Shown: positions 8,068 through 18,365 of the stretch, in pieces | Position numbering within the stretch: the first letter of the stretch is position 1 | How the letters are laid out: each line of letters begins with the position of its first letter | From: Deltaproteobacteria bacterium | GTDB lineage: Bacteria > Desulfobacterota > Desulfobacteria > Desulfobacterales > JAUVVS01 | Direction of reading: 5' to 3' | Length of the DNA stretch: 29,813 nucleotides | Assembly: GCA_030604545.1 (NCBI GenBank) | Contig: JAUVVS010000001.1 | Coordinates: 1-29,813 of the forward strand | Translations under genes and position numbers: made by a program | The notes under the pieces: model-generated | Told to the model about the DNA's origin: nothing | Databases searched by the model: none | What the model saw: the letters and a program-made list of their open reading frames with translations, nothing else

Positions 8068-9564
8068 ATGTCTATGGATACGAGTTGGAACACCAAGCGA
8101 ATTTATTTGGTCCTTTTTTCGATCCTGCTAATAGGGGGTTGTCTCAGGTTTTATCAATTGGGAGAGAAAAGTCTCTGGACAGATGAGCTGGTGGTAATAT
8201 CAAACGCTGTCAACCTTGTTGATATTAAATCTTTTCTTGCGCATACTCGTGGTGATGATTTGCCAAGGTTTTATTCCTTACTTTTTAAGTTCTGGATGTT
8301 TCTTGGTGATTCAGAGTTTACAATGCGTACACTTTCCGTCATATTTGGTTGTTTGTCCATTTTGGTAACATATGCCGTGTGCCGGCTTTTTTTTGATATT
8401 AAAACTTCTTTATCTGCGGCATTTTTAACAGCTATTTCCCCTTTCCTGTTGATCTACGATCGGGAAATCCGCATGTATTCTCTGTTCGCGCTTTTCTCCC
8501 TATTATCAACATATTTTTTCATCCGCTCTTTGAGAGAAGACAGAAAAGGTCTCTGGATTTTTTATACAGTTATAAATGTGCTGAACATTTATACACACTA
8601 TTATGCTTTTCTGGTTTTAGGAGTCCAGGGTTTGTTTGTCGTTCTTCGTTTTCGAGACTACAAAAAGATTCTTAAGCCCTGGATTGTGGCAAACGGGATC
8701 ATAGCTCTTGCCTTTACGATCCGACTTTCGGCCTTTATTCAGGACGTAGCATACCATGCCCCATGGGCGCTGCCGCGAGAGCGCTTCCCTTTTGTTTTCG
8801 GAAAGCATGTCGTCGAATTCTTTTATATCTTTTTTTCTCTTTCAGCAGGACAAACCATACTGCCCTGGAATCCTCTTGCCGTCCTGATTTGTCTTGCCGT
8901 GTTTGCGTGTTTTGCCGTCGCCGTCAAGAAGGGAATATCCTTTTCTCAGGACACACTGTATCTGGTTATGCTGGTTTTTATTCCCGTGGTAATCGGAATC
9001 GTATTCAGAATTTCCATGCCGCGGTACTTTATCTTTGCGGCGCCCGTTTTTTTTATGCTCATTGCCAGGGGGTTCTGGCTGCTTCCGAAGAAAGTGATGG
9101 TGATTACGGCTTTAATTATAGTAACAGGTTGGAGCTACGGGATTGCTAATTATTACCAGAATAAACAATTCCATATCATGGCTCATGTTGATCCCTGGAG
9201 AGAGGCGGCTCAATTCCTTAAAGAAAATGTGAAAAACAATGAGGAGATTGTGGGGATAGGGATTGGTGTTGTTCCCCTGCGCCATTATTATGGGAGTTCT
9301 GTCCCCGGATTTTCCGGCGAGGCACTGATAAAAAAAGTGCGGGAACTGGACGAAGCTGGAACTGGGAAGGTATGGCTGGTCTATACTTATCGTGAGGAAT
9401 ATGAGAATTGGCTGAAATCCCGTGATATTCTTAGTAAAAATTATAGCGTATTAAGCGAAAAAAGATGGGCACACGATCCTGATTTTGCATTGAAAAAGAA
9501 ATTTTTTAAGAGAACTTTCGCGCCCTATCGCATTGCAGCCGAACTCTATGAACGGAAAAAATAA
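8068..9564 (+). CDS. GT-C fold glycosyltransferase (GT39/GT83, PMT_2/ArnT-like), lipid-phosphate-sugar dependent
   Basis: LRFYQLGEKSLWTDE first-loop acidic motif, P.FY.LL..W, RTLSVIFG, SP..LIY.REIRMY, many TM helices and a soluble C-terminal domain. Alternative start TTG 8056. Confidence 0.85.
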   Translation: MSMDTSWNTKRIYLVLFSILLIGGCLRFYQLGEKSLWTDELVVISNAVNLVDIKSFLAHTRGDDLPRFYSLLFKFWMFLGDSEFTMRTLSVIFGCLSILVTYAVCRLFFDIKTSLSAAFLTAISPFLLIYDREIRMYSLFALFSLLSTYFFIRSLREDRKGLWIFYTVINVLNIYTHYYAFLVLGVQGLFVVLRFRDYKKILKPWIVANGIIALAFTIRLSAFIQDVAYHAPWALPRERFPFVFGKHVVEFFYIFFSLSAGQTILPWNPLAVLICLAVFACFAVAVKKGISFSQDTLYLVMLVFIPVVIGIVFRISMPRYFIFAAPVFFMLIARGFWLLPKKVMVITALIIVTGWSYGIANYYQNKQFHIMAHVDPWREAAQFLKENVKNNEEIVGIGIGVVPLRHYYGSSVPGFSGEALIKKVRELDEAGTGKVWLVYTYREEYENWLKSRDILSKNYSVLSEKRWAHDPDFALKKKFFKRTFAPYRIAAELYERKK

Positions 9565-9583
9565 ATTTAATAAGGAATGATTA

Positions 9584-10534
9584 ATGATGGGTAACATTTC
9601 CATAGTAGTGCCTTGCTATAATGAAAGGAACAACATACTGACAACGTATAAAGCGTTGAATGATGTGATGAAGTCTATTGGACTCAAGTTTGAGATCTTG
9701 TTTGTTGATAATGGTGGAACCGATGGGCAATTGGAAATAATGAAACAACTATATGAAAAATATCCTGGTACTTTAAAAGTTGTCTCACTATCTCGAAATT
9801 TTGGATATCAGATGTCAATTTCGGCAGGGCTTGAATTTGCTACGGGAGATGCAGTTGTAATCATTGATGCGGATCTCCAGGATCCTCCAGAATTAATCAA
9901 GGAATTTGTTGAAAAATGGAAAGAGGGATTTGACGTAGTTTATGGTGTCAGAGTTAAAAGGCAAGGCTCTTTTATTTTAAGATTTTTCTATAGAATGTTT
10001 TATTGGGTTTTTAATAAAACTGCGGACATTCCAATACCTTTAAACTCCGGCGAATTTGCATTAATGAACAGAAGAGTGGTTGATGAAATTAAAGCCATGC
10101 CGGAAAAAGTTCGTTTTATAAGGGGTCTGAGAGCATGGGCTGGATTCAGGCAGATTGGGATACCCTATAAAAGACTGCGCAGAGCTGAAGGAAAATCCCA
10201 ATTTAGTATTTTTGATAATTTTGTTTTAGCTCTCGATGGAATATTATCATTTTCAACGAGGATTCTCACATTTATGTCTGTTATTGGGTTTTTAATTACC
10301 CTGTTTTCTATAATTTTGCTTGTGTATATAGTATTGGGGAAGTTTTTTTCTGACATATTTGTGCCAGGTTATGCAGCTACTATGGTTACAATTTCTTTTT
10401 TCAGTGGCGTTATTATCGCAATGTTAGGTCTCATAGGGGCAAGTGTCGAACGTATATTTTTAGAGGTTAAGAATAGACCCAAATTTATAGTAAGGGAAAC
10501 CTGGGGGACGGATATACACAAGGAGCATGAATAA
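9584..10534 (+). CDS. GT2 polyprenyl-phosphate glycosyltransferase (GtrB/YfdH/ArnC-like) with two C-terminal TM helices
   Basis: SIVVPCYNE, FVDNG.TD, LSRNFGYQ, IDADLQDPPE, DVVYGVR, R..RF.RGL..W.GF, GKSQF, RP.FIV. Confidence 0.92.
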   Translation: MMGNISIVVPCYNERNNILTTYKALNDVMKSIGLKFEILFVDNGGTDGQLEIMKQLYEKYPGTLKVVSLSRNFGYQMSISAGLEFATGDAVVIIDADLQDPPELIKEFVEKWKEGFDVVYGVRVKRQGSFILRFFYRMFYWVFNKTADIPIPLNSGEFALMNRRVVDEIKAMPEKVRFIRGLRAWAGFRQIGIPYKRLRRAEGKSQFSIFDNFVLALDGILSFSTRILTFMSVIGFLITLFSIILLVYIVLGKFFSDIFVPGYAATMVTISFFSGVIIAMLGLIGASVERIFLEVKNRPKFIVRETWGTDIHKEHE

Positions 10535-10561
10535 AAAAGTTAAACATGGGCGGAGCTTTTA

Positions 10562-11119
10562 ATGGAATTTAAAAAAACAAAGTTAGAGGGTGTTTATATA
10601 ATAGAACCGAGTATCTTTGAAGATGACAGAGGTATTTTTATAAAAGCATATAATGACTCCATATTCGAAAATGCTGGCATAGAATTGGAGTTCAAGGAAA
10701 GCTTCTATTCCATCTCTAAAAGAAACGTGATTCGAGGGATGCACTTTCAGTTGCCGCCACATGATTATGCAAAGCTTGTTTATGTTACTGAGGGGGTTAT
10801 TGTTGATGTTGTTTTGGATATAAGAAAAAATTCTCCAACTTATGCAGAGTATATTTCTGTCCAGCTATCAAGCAGGAATGCGAGACAGATTTATATGCCA
10901 CAGGGATTTGCCCATGGGTTTGCTGTAATAAGCAATAGCGCGACTGTTACATATCTCCAGACAGCCATCCATTCACCTGAATATGATACCGGAATAAGAT
11001 GGGATTCGTTTGGGATGGACTGGAATCTAAAGAACCCCATTATATCCGAAAGAGACAGGAATTTCCCAAAGTTAGAAGAATTCGATTCCCCTTTTTTATA
11101 TAATAAAGGTCAAAAATGA
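10562..11119 (+). CDS. rfbC: dTDP-4-dehydrorhamnose 3,5-epimerase family (RmlC/RfbC); in this context possibly an AscE-like CDP-4-keto-sugar epimerase
   Basis: P.IFEDDRG.F, S.S.RNVIRGMHFQ, K.V.V..G...DV.LDIRKNSPTY, P.GFAHGF, GIRWD, ISERD. Confidence 0.9.
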   Translation: MEFKKTKLEGVYIIEPSIFEDDRGIFIKAYNDSIFENAGIELEFKESFYSISKRNVIRGMHFQLPPHDYAKLVYVTEGVIVDVVLDIRKNSPTYAEYISVQLSSRNARQIYMPQGFAHGFAVISNSATVTYLQTAIHSPEYDTGIRWDSFGMDWNLKNPIISERDRNFPKLEEFDSPFLYNKGQK

Positions 11120-12018
11120 AGATCCTTGTTACAGGCATTACAGGGTTTATTGGAAATCGTTTGGCCAGAGAGCTCCTGAAATACGAACATGAGATTTATG
11201 CTATCTTAAGAAACCCTGCTCTCAAAAATAAATATGAAAAAAAGAACATTAAATGTTTTGTGGATAACAATTCAATGGCAGATTTCATGAAATTTTTTGA
11301 AAGAGAAAAATTTGACGGTGTAGTTCATTGTGCCTCTTGTTTTTTAGTTGAACATAAGCCGGAAGAAATTAACGATTTAATTACCTCCAACGTTTTGTTT
11401 TCCACAAAACTGCTGGAATCATCTGTAAAAACCAATGTGGACTGGTTTATTAATACAGGAACATTCTGGCAACATTATGAAAACAAAGTTTATTCACCCG
11501 TCGATCTTTATGCGGCTACCAAGCAGGCATTTGAATCTATTGCAATGTATTACATGGAGATTTCCGAGATAACATTTGTCACTTTAAAGCTTAATGATAC
11601 GTATGGCCCAAACGACACAAGGCCTAAAATATTTAACTTGTTGAAAAAAATTGCTGAAACGGGTGCAACTTTAGGAATGTCTCAGGGGGAACAATATATA
11701 GATACAGTTTATATAGACGATGTTGTTGGTGCTTACGTTAGAATGATAGAATTATTACAAGGGGATAACAAAAAAAGGTTTAAAGGCAAATCATTCGCGG
11801 TGTCATCAGGCAATCTTGTGAAACTCAAAGAGTTAGCCGATATTTTTGAAAAAGTAGCTAAAAGGAAGTTAAATATAATATGGGGTGAAAAGCCATATCG
11901 AAAAAGAGAAGTAATGACACCGTGGAACAAGGGAACAAGAATTCCAGGATGGAAACCAAAAGTATCAATTGAAGAAGGAATTTCTGAACTGTTACGCGAC
12001 ACGGAAAATGATATGTAA
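11116..12018 (+). CDS. NAD-dependent epimerase/dehydratase family SDR, CDP-3,6-dideoxyhexose 4-reductase-like (RfbJ/RfbS/AscF-type)
   Basis: ILVTGITGFIG, FINTGTFWQ, LYAATK (YxxxK), DTYGP.D.R.K, Q..D..YIDDVV.AY; ATGA overlap with the epimerase gene. Confidence 0.75.
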   Translation: MKILVTGITGFIGNRLARELLKYEHEIYAILRNPALKNKYEKKNIKCFVDNNSMADFMKFFEREKFDGVVHCASCFLVEHKPEEINDLITSNVLFSTKLLESSVKTNVDWFINTGTFWQHYENKVYSPVDLYAATKQAFESIAMYYMEISEITFVTLKLNDTYGPNDTRPKIFNLLKKIAETGATLGMSQGEQYIDTVYIDDVVGAYVRMIELLQGDNKKRFKGKSFAVSSGNLVKLKELADIFEKVAKRKLNIIWGEKPYRKREVMTPWNKGTRIPGWKPKVSIEEGISELLRDTENDM

Positions 12019-12051
12019 AATCCTCAATGGTTATTAGGTTAGGGAAGTAAT

Positions 12052-13383
12052 TTGTATACTAAAGAATTCAGAACAGAAATGGTTAAAGGTTGGAATAACT
12101 ACCCCGCGGTACAGGGGAAAGTTTTTCGCCCTGAGCGCATAGGCGATCTGGTTGCCCTGATTGGCAGTAACGAAAAGTCGATTTTGGCAAGAGGGGGTGG
12201 AACAAGTTACGGCGATTCATCGATTAACAATGGCGGGATTAATGTTGATACCAGACGATTGAATAAAATGCTTCATTTTGATTCAGAACAAGGAGTATTG
12301 TATTGTCAATGCGGGGTTACATTGCAGGATATAAGCAGAGTCTTCATTCCTCAGGGGTGGTTTTTACAGGTAACACCGGGCACTCAATTTGCGACAGTCG
12401 GAGGCTGCGTAGCCACCGATGCGCATGGAAAGAATTGGAAAGCAGGATCATTTTGCAGTTTTGTTAAAGGGCTAAGTCTGATGCTTCAGGATGGAAGTAT
12501 TGTTTGTTGTGATGATAAGAATAATCCGGACATATTTTACAGCACCTTTGGCGGCATGGGCATGACGGGAATTATTTTAGATGTTCGTATCCAATTAAGA
12601 AAGATCAGCTCTTCACTCATAGATGTGGAAACAATCCAGTGCAGAGACCTGAAGGAATGTTTTGCGGTCCAATCTGAATCGATGGAATCGCACGAATATA
12701 TGTTCTGCTGGCTCGACTCCCATAAGGAAGGTGTCAATATGGGTAGAGGTGTTCTGCAGCGTGCCAATCATTGTTCGAATGGCCCTCCGATCTATAAAGA
12801 AAAGAGAAAGATTCATGTGCCTTTTTATCTGCCCAATTTTACGGTCAACACGTATTCGGTGGAAGCGTTTAATGCGGCTTATCATGCAAGTGTAGGGAAG
12901 AAAAATAGAAAAAAGGCATACATGATGGATTTCTTCTATCCGCTGGATTGTATCGCCAACTGGTATAGAGTGTACGGTAAGAGAGGTTTTCTTGAGTATC
13001 AGATGGTTGTGCCATCTGACGGAGCCTATGAAACTGTTTTTGAGATTCTTAAAGTCGTTACAAAATCAAAACTTGGGTCGACCGTAGCGGCCGTTAAACC
13101 TTTGTTGAATGCGAGGGGCGTGATGTCCTTTCCCATGGATGGATTTACTTTTGCGGTTGATTTTATGCCCGATCAAAGACTATGGCACCTCTTAGACACA
13201 TTGGACGAAATAGTTATTGCAAACGGAGGGAAAGTCTACCTTGCAAAAGATGCTCGTGTCAGCTCAAAGAATTTCAGAAAGATGTACTCAGAAACGTTAG
13301 ACAGGTGGGAACCCGTAAGACAAAAATATAATCCTGAGAATAGATTTTCATCAATGATGTTTAACAGACTCTACAAAGGCTAA
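12052..13383 (+). CDS. FAD-binding oxidoreductase, decaprenylphosphoryl-beta-D-ribose 2'-oxidase (DprE1)-like
   Basis: ARGGGTSYGD, VTPGTQFATVGGCVATDAHGKN, GGMGMTGII, FFYPLD, YGKRGFLEYQ, SFPMDGFTFAVDF, GGKVYLAKDAR, F.S...RL. TTG start with AGGGA upstream; ATG 12079 is an alternative. Confidence 0.85.
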   Translation: MYTKEFRTEMVKGWNNYPAVQGKVFRPERIGDLVALIGSNEKSILARGGGTSYGDSSINNGGINVDTRRLNKMLHFDSEQGVLYCQCGVTLQDISRVFIPQGWFLQVTPGTQFATVGGCVATDAHGKNWKAGSFCSFVKGLSLMLQDGSIVCCDDKNNPDIFYSTFGGMGMTGIILDVRIQLRKISSSLIDVETIQCRDLKECFAVQSESMESHEYMFCWLDSHKEGVNMGRGVLQRANHCSNGPPIYKEKRKIHVPFYLPNFTVNTYSVEAFNAAYHASVGKKNRKKAYMMDFFYPLDCIANWYRVYGKRGFLEYQMVVPSDGAYETVFEILKVVTKSKLGSTVAAVKPLLNARGVMSFPMDGFTFAVDFMPDQRLWHLLDTLDEIVIANGGKVYLAKDARVSSKNFRKMYSETLDRWEPVRQKYNPENRFSSMMFNRLYKG

Positions 13384-13393
13384 CGGACCGAAG

Positions 13394-14134
13394 ATGAATG
13401 TTGTAATAATTGGCGCAAGCTCCGGGATTGGACGAGAGGTCGCGCATGTTTTTTCTCAAGAAGGCCATAATGTTATATGTAGCTCCCGCGATGAAAAGGA
13501 ACTGGAATGGTTAGTTAGTGACTTAAAAATAAGATATGATTGTAGTGCCTGTGGAGTTCCGGTAGACGTAACGAACAATTCATCAATAAAAACTTTTATT
13601 GAAAAGATTTATGAGAATTTTACAATTATCGATTGCGTTATTGTCACTACCGGCACCATGCCGGGAAATGAAATGCCTTATTATGACGAACATGGACTAA
13701 TTAACACCACAATGACTAATTATGTTGGTATAGCTTTGATTCTTAATGAAATGTCTCGCCGAATGGCTAATAATAATTCCGGAATCATAATATGCCTGAG
13801 TTCGGTTGCCGGCGACCGTGGTCGCCAGAGCAATTTCATATATGGAGCTTCCAAGTCTGCCTTAAACACATATCTGCAGGGACTGAGAATGAAATTATAC
13901 AAACATAATGTTCGTGTCATTACCGTACTGCCGGGATATGTAGACACTCCCATGTCATATGGCACAGTTAAACAACGATATGCTGTTTCGCCACGCTATG
14001 TTGCCAGAAAAATTTACAAATTGACCAAAAGCAACAGAAATATTGTCTATATACCTCCGATTTGGTGGTTAATCATGAGAATAATCAGGTTTATCCCGGA
14101 AGCAATATTTAAAAGACTCAGTTCGGTTTTCTAA
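13394..14134 (+). CDS. SDR oxidoreductase, decaprenylphosphoryl-2-keto-pentose reductase (DprE2)-like
   Basis: IIGASSGIG, SSVAGDRGRQSNFIYGASK, PGYVDTPM, W..IM..IR.IPE.IFKRL; directly downstream of the DprE1-like gene. Confidence 0.82.
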   Translation: MNVVIIGASSGIGREVAHVFSQEGHNVICSSRDEKELEWLVSDLKIRYDCSACGVPVDVTNNSSIKTFIEKIYENFTIIDCVIVTTGTMPGNEMPYYDEHGLINTTMTNYVGIALILNEMSRRMANNNSGIIICLSSVAGDRGRQSNFIYGASKSALNTYLQGLRMKLYKHNVRVITVLPGYVDTPMSYGTVKQRYAVSPRYVARKIYKLTKSNRNIVYIPPIWWLIMRIIRFIPEAIFKRLSSVF

Positions 14135-14142
14135 ACCCAGGC

Positions 14143-14169
14143 AAGCGCATCATAAAGATTGTGCTTTTT
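14143..14169 (+). terminator. Possible weak intrinsic terminator or hairpin after the DprE2-like gene
   Basis: AAGCGCATC-ATAAA-GATTGTGCTT imperfect stem (one G-U pair, one bulge) ending in a short T run. Confidence 0.25.
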
Positions 14170-14217
14170 GCAATTTTCGCTGCGTAGCCATTATGCAAGA
14201 AACAAACTGATTTAAGG

Positions 14218-15864
14218 TTGAAGCAATTATTTATGAAGAATGATGGGTTGAAAAAGATATTCTATTTGAGCCTTTTGATAGTGTTTTTGGTGGGGATCTT
14301 TCTCAGAATTCAATTTTCTCCTGATATCAACTATGAAACTGATTCATTTCCTGTTCTTCTTGCCGCGAAGAGTATTTCTGAGACGGGTCAATATACTATC
14401 CCACCGATCAGACTGACAGACTATAATGGCAATTATCAATCACATCCCGGATGGGCTGTTGGATACTCCCTATTATTATCGTGTCTCTTCTCAATCTTCG
14501 GCTATGGAGAGACTGCTGCCCGTTGGGCAACCATTTTGATTTGTTCGTCTGTAATCCTGGTCATAGGAATTTTAGGAAATCGACTCCAAGGGAAGGGTGT
14601 GGGCATCGTAGCGGCTCTTCTCGTGGCAGTTAACCCGTTACTTCTTTGTATCAACGGAAGAATTTTGACTGCAAATATGGGTTACTGCTTTTTAGTTATG
14701 AGCATATCTTTCCTTTTATTAGGGACAATACGCAAGCAGGAAGATGTAAAATTTGTAAGTTCGGAAGAGTTAATAAACTCAAGGAAACTTCTCTTCTTTT
14801 TCTCGCTCTCATTCCTGTTTTTTGGATTCATGGTAATGGCAAGGGATGACTTTGCCATGTTTGTTTTTGTCTTTTTTATTGTTTTCTGGGGAATATTAAG
14901 AAAACCTGCTGAGAAGATTTCAAAAAACCGATTACTTAACTACGTAAAGCTTTCGGGAATAGCTGCCTCCTTCTTTCTTGTTGGTTATCTTCCTAATATT
15001 TACTTCAATTATAAGACTTACGGGAAAATTCTGACTTCGTCTCATTATGAATATGGTGGACGCCTGAGCCTCGAATATTTCCTAAAAGGAAGCAGCGGAG
15101 CTCTTGGTCTGCCAGGTTGGGCTGTTATTATACTTACTATTGTCATTTTTGCTTTTCCTGTTGTGAGTATTTTTTTTGTTTGGAAAAAGTCAAAAGCCGG
15201 GGCCCTGACAGGATCATTAATTGCCGTTATGGCATTGCCAATAATATTTATAAATGGATCATACCCTGTTACTTCGAGTGGGGCTTCTCCACGGTATATC
15301 ATTCCATTAATTCCCTTCGCATCAATTTTAGCAGGCATACTGATAGTCAAAAAAGATATAGTTGCCAAATTTCTTAAATATAGTTTCATAGCCTGCTTGA
15401 TTCTATGGCACAGCGCCCTTATATATCCACCAACGGCGCTTTTTAAACACTTTCCGAAACTTGCTTATTTTACACAATATTCGCCCTGGTATAATAGACA
15501 CAACTTTATTAATTATCCTCACCCTATTCGCGCAACCTTGCAGTGGGTGAAAAACAACACTCCACCAGATGCCATTATTCTAAGCGACTATGATTCCTAT
15601 CACTACTTTTTTTATGCCAAGCGTGATGTTATGAATCGCGAATGTGTTGAGGACGTAAAAAAGCAGCTTAAGGATAGGCCGGTGTTTTTTGTTGAAGACC
15701 ATCAAATTGTACGCCATCCTGATTCATTAAAAAATTGGAAAAAAAAGCTGATGGAAAACTCGATAATTCTGACGGAAAAAGACAGCATACCATTATTTAG
15801 CCCTGTAAAAGGTGAGGTGCAACTGAAAATCTATGAGTTAATCAGGACTGTCGGACAAGTGTAA
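14218..15864 (+). CDS. GT-C fold glycosyltransferase (PMT_2/ArnT-like) membrane protein
   Basis: GIFLRI...NYETDS acidic first loop, HPGWAVGY.LLL, ALLVAVNP, PRY.IPLIP, L.W.KNNTP.DAIILSD C-terminal domain. Start TTG 14218 or ATG 14233. Confidence 0.78.
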   Translation: MKQLFMKNDGLKKIFYLSLLIVFLVGIFLRIQFSPDINYETDSFPVLLAAKSISETGQYTIPPIRLTDYNGNYQSHPGWAVGYSLLLSCLFSIFGYGETAARWATILICSSVILVIGILGNRLQGKGVGIVAALLVAVNPLLLCINGRILTANMGYCFLVMSISFLLLGTIRKQEDVKFVSSEELINSRKLLFFFSLSFLFFGFMVMARDDFAMFVFVFFIVFWGILRKPAEKISKNRLLNYVKLSGIAASFFLVGYLPNIYFNYKTYGKILTSSHYEYGGRLSLEYFLKGSSGALGLPGWAVIILTIVIFAFPVVSIFFVWKKSKAGALTGSLIAVMALPIIFINGSYPVTSSGASPRYIIPLIPFASILAGILIVKKDIVAKFLKYSFIACLILWHSALIYPPTALFKHFPKLAYFTQYSPWYNRHNFINYPHPIRATLQWVKNNTPPDAIILSDYDSYHYFFYAKRDVMNRECVEDVKKQLKDRPVFFVEDHQIVRHPDSLKNWKKKLMENSIILTEKDSIPLFSPVKGEVQLKIYELIRTVGQV

Positions 15865-15888
15865 AATAAGATATTTATGAGAAGTATA

Positions 15889-15913
15889 GGTTCCCGTTTT
15901 CACGGGAATGACA
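15889..15913. repeat. Solitary REP/dRS3-like palindrome (GTCA-flanked hairpin)
   Basis: TTCCCGT-TTTC-ACGGGAA perfect 7-bp inverted repeat (15891-15908) followed by TGACA; fits TTCCC-N8-GGGAAT; the minus strand reads TGTCATTCCCGTGAAAACGGGAACC. Confidence 0.6.
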
Positions 15914-15942
15914 TAAAATGGAAATAATTCAAAGGTCATACT

Positions 15943-17025
15943 ATGGAATTAGAAAAGAATTTTAAAGGAAAAAGAGTTCTGATTACAGGACATACGGGTT
16001 TTAAAGGCTCCTGGTTGGCTATCTGGCTGAAAGAGTTAGGTGCAACGGTTTTAGGCTATTCATTAGAACCTCCAGGCAATCCAAATAATTTTGAAGCAAC
16101 AAACTTATCAAACAGGGTAACTCATGTTCACGGTGATATTAGAGACTTCCCTTATTTTGAGGAGGTATTTTCTGAATTTCAACCCGAATTTGTTTTTCAC
16201 CTGGCAGCCCAACCGATAGTCCGCCGTTCTTATGAAGACCCGCAATTAACTTTTGAAACAAATGTTATGGGCACAGTTAATATGCTTGAACTGGTGCGAA
16301 AGGTACCGTCTGTTCGTGCACTTGTAAGCATAACAACTGATAAATGTTATGAGAATAAAGAGTGGATATGGGGGTATCGTGAAAATGACCGTTTGGGGGG
16401 ACATGACCCCTATAGCAGCAGCAAAGCTTGTGCCGAATTGGTTTCTCAGGCTTATATCAGGTCATTCTTTTCACAGAGAGAAGGTATCGGCGTCGCTACT
16501 GCCCGTGCCGGCAATGTGATCGGTGGTGGTGATTGGGGAGTCGATCGCCTTTTGCCGGATTGCTCCCGCGCTCTCTCTGCGGGAGACTCTATTTTAATAA
16601 GGAATCCGGAAGCTGTACGGCCATGGCAGTTTGTACTGGAACCGTTGTACGGCTATCTTTTGCTGGCAAGTAAATTATCTGAAAAACCCGATGATTATAT
16701 GGGAGCATGGAACTTTGGTCCAGGCAATGAATGCTGTGTCCCAGTCAGTGAAGTGGTAGAGAAGACTATCAATTACTGGGGTTCCGGCAATTGGGAAAAC
16801 CCCTCCGCCGAATTGAACCATAATAAGCATGAAATGAATTTATTAAAACTTAATAGTGATAAGGCCTATTCCTGTTTAGGATGGCATGGAGTTTTGAATA
16901 TAGACTCTGCGATAGAAATGACTGTGAAATGGTATAAAACCTTTTATAAATCTGAATTTGCAGATATGTATGATTTCTGTGTAGAACAGATTGTGGAATA
17001 TACAAAAAAATATCCGGGACGTTAG
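15943..17025 (+). CDS. rfbG: CDP-glucose 4,6-dehydratase
   Basis: [88 protein letters not shown]. Confidence 0.96.
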   Translation: MELEKNFKGKRVLITGHTGFKGSWLAIWLKELGATVLGYSLEPPGNPNNFEATNLSNRVTHVHGDIRDFPYFEEVFSEFQPEFVFHLAAQPIVRRSYEDPQLTFETNVMGTVNMLELVRKVPSVRALVSITTDKCYENKEWIWGYRENDRLGGHDPYSSSKACAELVSQAYIRSFFSQREGIGVATARAGNVIGGGDWGVDRLLPDCSRALSAGDSILIRNPEAVRPWQFVLEPLYGYLLLASKLSEKPDDYMGAWNFGPGNECCVPVSEVVEKTINYWGSGNWENPSAELNHNKHEMNLLKLNSDKAYSCLGWHGVLNIDSAIEMTVKWYKTFYKSEFADMYDFCVEQIVEYTKKYPGR

Positions 17026-17029
17026 AAAA

Positions 17030-18352
17030 ATGATTTCTGATAAAGAAAAACAAATAAGGGCAAAGATTTTTCAAGATGTTAAGTCGCTATATCTTTTGAG
17101 AAAAGCAGAGAAGGAATTTGTTCCAGGGGAATCCAACGTATCTTATGCCGGAAGGGTTTATGACGAGAACGAGATGATAACCCTGGTTGATTCTGCCCTT
17201 GACTTTTGGCTTACATCCGGAAGATTTGCTAAAGAGTTTGAGAAAAATTTTGCAGAGTTCCTCGGTGTTAAACATTGTCTTTTAACCAATTCAGGGTCGT
17301 CCGCTAACCTCTTAGCTGTATCGGCTCTTACTTCTCCCAAGCTTGGCAAGAGGAGTTTGAACCCGGGAGACGAGGTAATAACAGTAGCTTGTGCATTTCC
17401 GACAACTGTAAACCCGATTATCCAGAACAACCTGGTTCCTGTCTTCCTTGATGTGGATATTGGGACTTATAATATTCAGGCAGATGAGATTGAAAAGGCT
17501 TTATCGGAGAAAACCAGGGCAATTTTTGTCGCCCATACCCTGGGTAATCCATTTAACCTGGACAAGGTAATGGAAATAGCACGAAAATATAATTTATGGG
17601 TTATTGAAGATAACTGCGATGCTCTGGGTTCCCGATACAAAGGCCGACATACCGGTACTTTCGGTCACATCTCTACGTTCAGCTTCTATCCGGCACATCA
17701 TATAACAATGGGAGAAGGGGGGGCGCTTGCCACTAATGATACCCAACTAAAAAGATTAATTGAATCTTTCAGGGATTGGGGAAGGGATTGCTGGTGTGAA
17801 CCTGGGTGTGATGGTACATGTGGTAAAAGATTCGATTGGCAATTAGGGACACTGCCTTATGGATATGATCATAAATATATCTATTCTCATATTGGATATA
17901 ATCTGAAGGTTACTGATATGCAGGCCGCTGTTGGGGTTGAGCAGTTAAAAAAACTCCCGGACTTTATTAATGGCAGAAAGAGGAATTGGGAAATTCTTTA
18001 TGAAGGAATAAAGAAATATGAAGGCTACTTCAACCTTCCACGACCAGCAGAGGGGGCAGATCCAAGTTGGTTCGGATTCATACTGACAGTTAGAGAAGAC
18101 GCTCCATTCTCAAAAAATGATGTGGTAACTTATTTAGAAAACAGTAAAATCGCTACACGTTCCCTCTTTGCCGGAAATATCTTAAGACATCCTGCATATC
18201 AGGAAATTGAATACAGAGTATGCGGAACACTCACAAATACTGATTATATAATGAACAACACATTCTGGATTGGTGTTTATCCTGGCCTTGATAAAGGCAG
18301 GATTACTTACATCCTTGACGCTTTTACGTCATTCATGAAGCAATATTCGTAA
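17030..18352 (+). CDS. rfbH: CDP-4-keto-6-deoxy-D-glucose 3-dehydratase (E1, RfbH/DdhC/AscC)
   Basis: [45 protein letters not shown] (His in place of the aminotransferase Lys), [17 protein letters not shown] Fe-S cysteines, [14 protein letters not shown]. Start at ATG 17030 rather than 16991. Confidence 0.96.
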   Translation: MISDKEKQIRAKIFQDVKSLYLLRKAEKEFVPGESNVSYAGRVYDENEMITLVDSALDFWLTSGRFAKEFEKNFAEFLGVKHCLLTNSGSSANLLAVSALTSPKLGKRSLNPGDEVITVACAFPTTVNPIIQNNLVPVFLDVDIGTYNIQADEIEKALSEKTRAIFVAHTLGNPFNLDKVMEIARKYNLWVIEDNCDALGSRYKGRHTGTFGHISTFSFYPAHHITMGEGGALATNDTQLKRLIESFRDWGRDCWCEPGCDGTCGKRFDWQLGTLPYGYDHKYIYSHIGYNLKVTDMQAAVGVEQLKKLPDFINGRKRNWEILYEGIKKYEGYFNLPRPAEGADPSWFGFILTVREDAPFSKNDVVTYLENSKIATRSLFAGNILRHPAYQEIEYRVCGTLTNTDYIMNNTFWIGVYPGLDKGRITYILDAFTSFMKQYS

Positions 18353-18365
18353 GAAGGCTTGGCTT

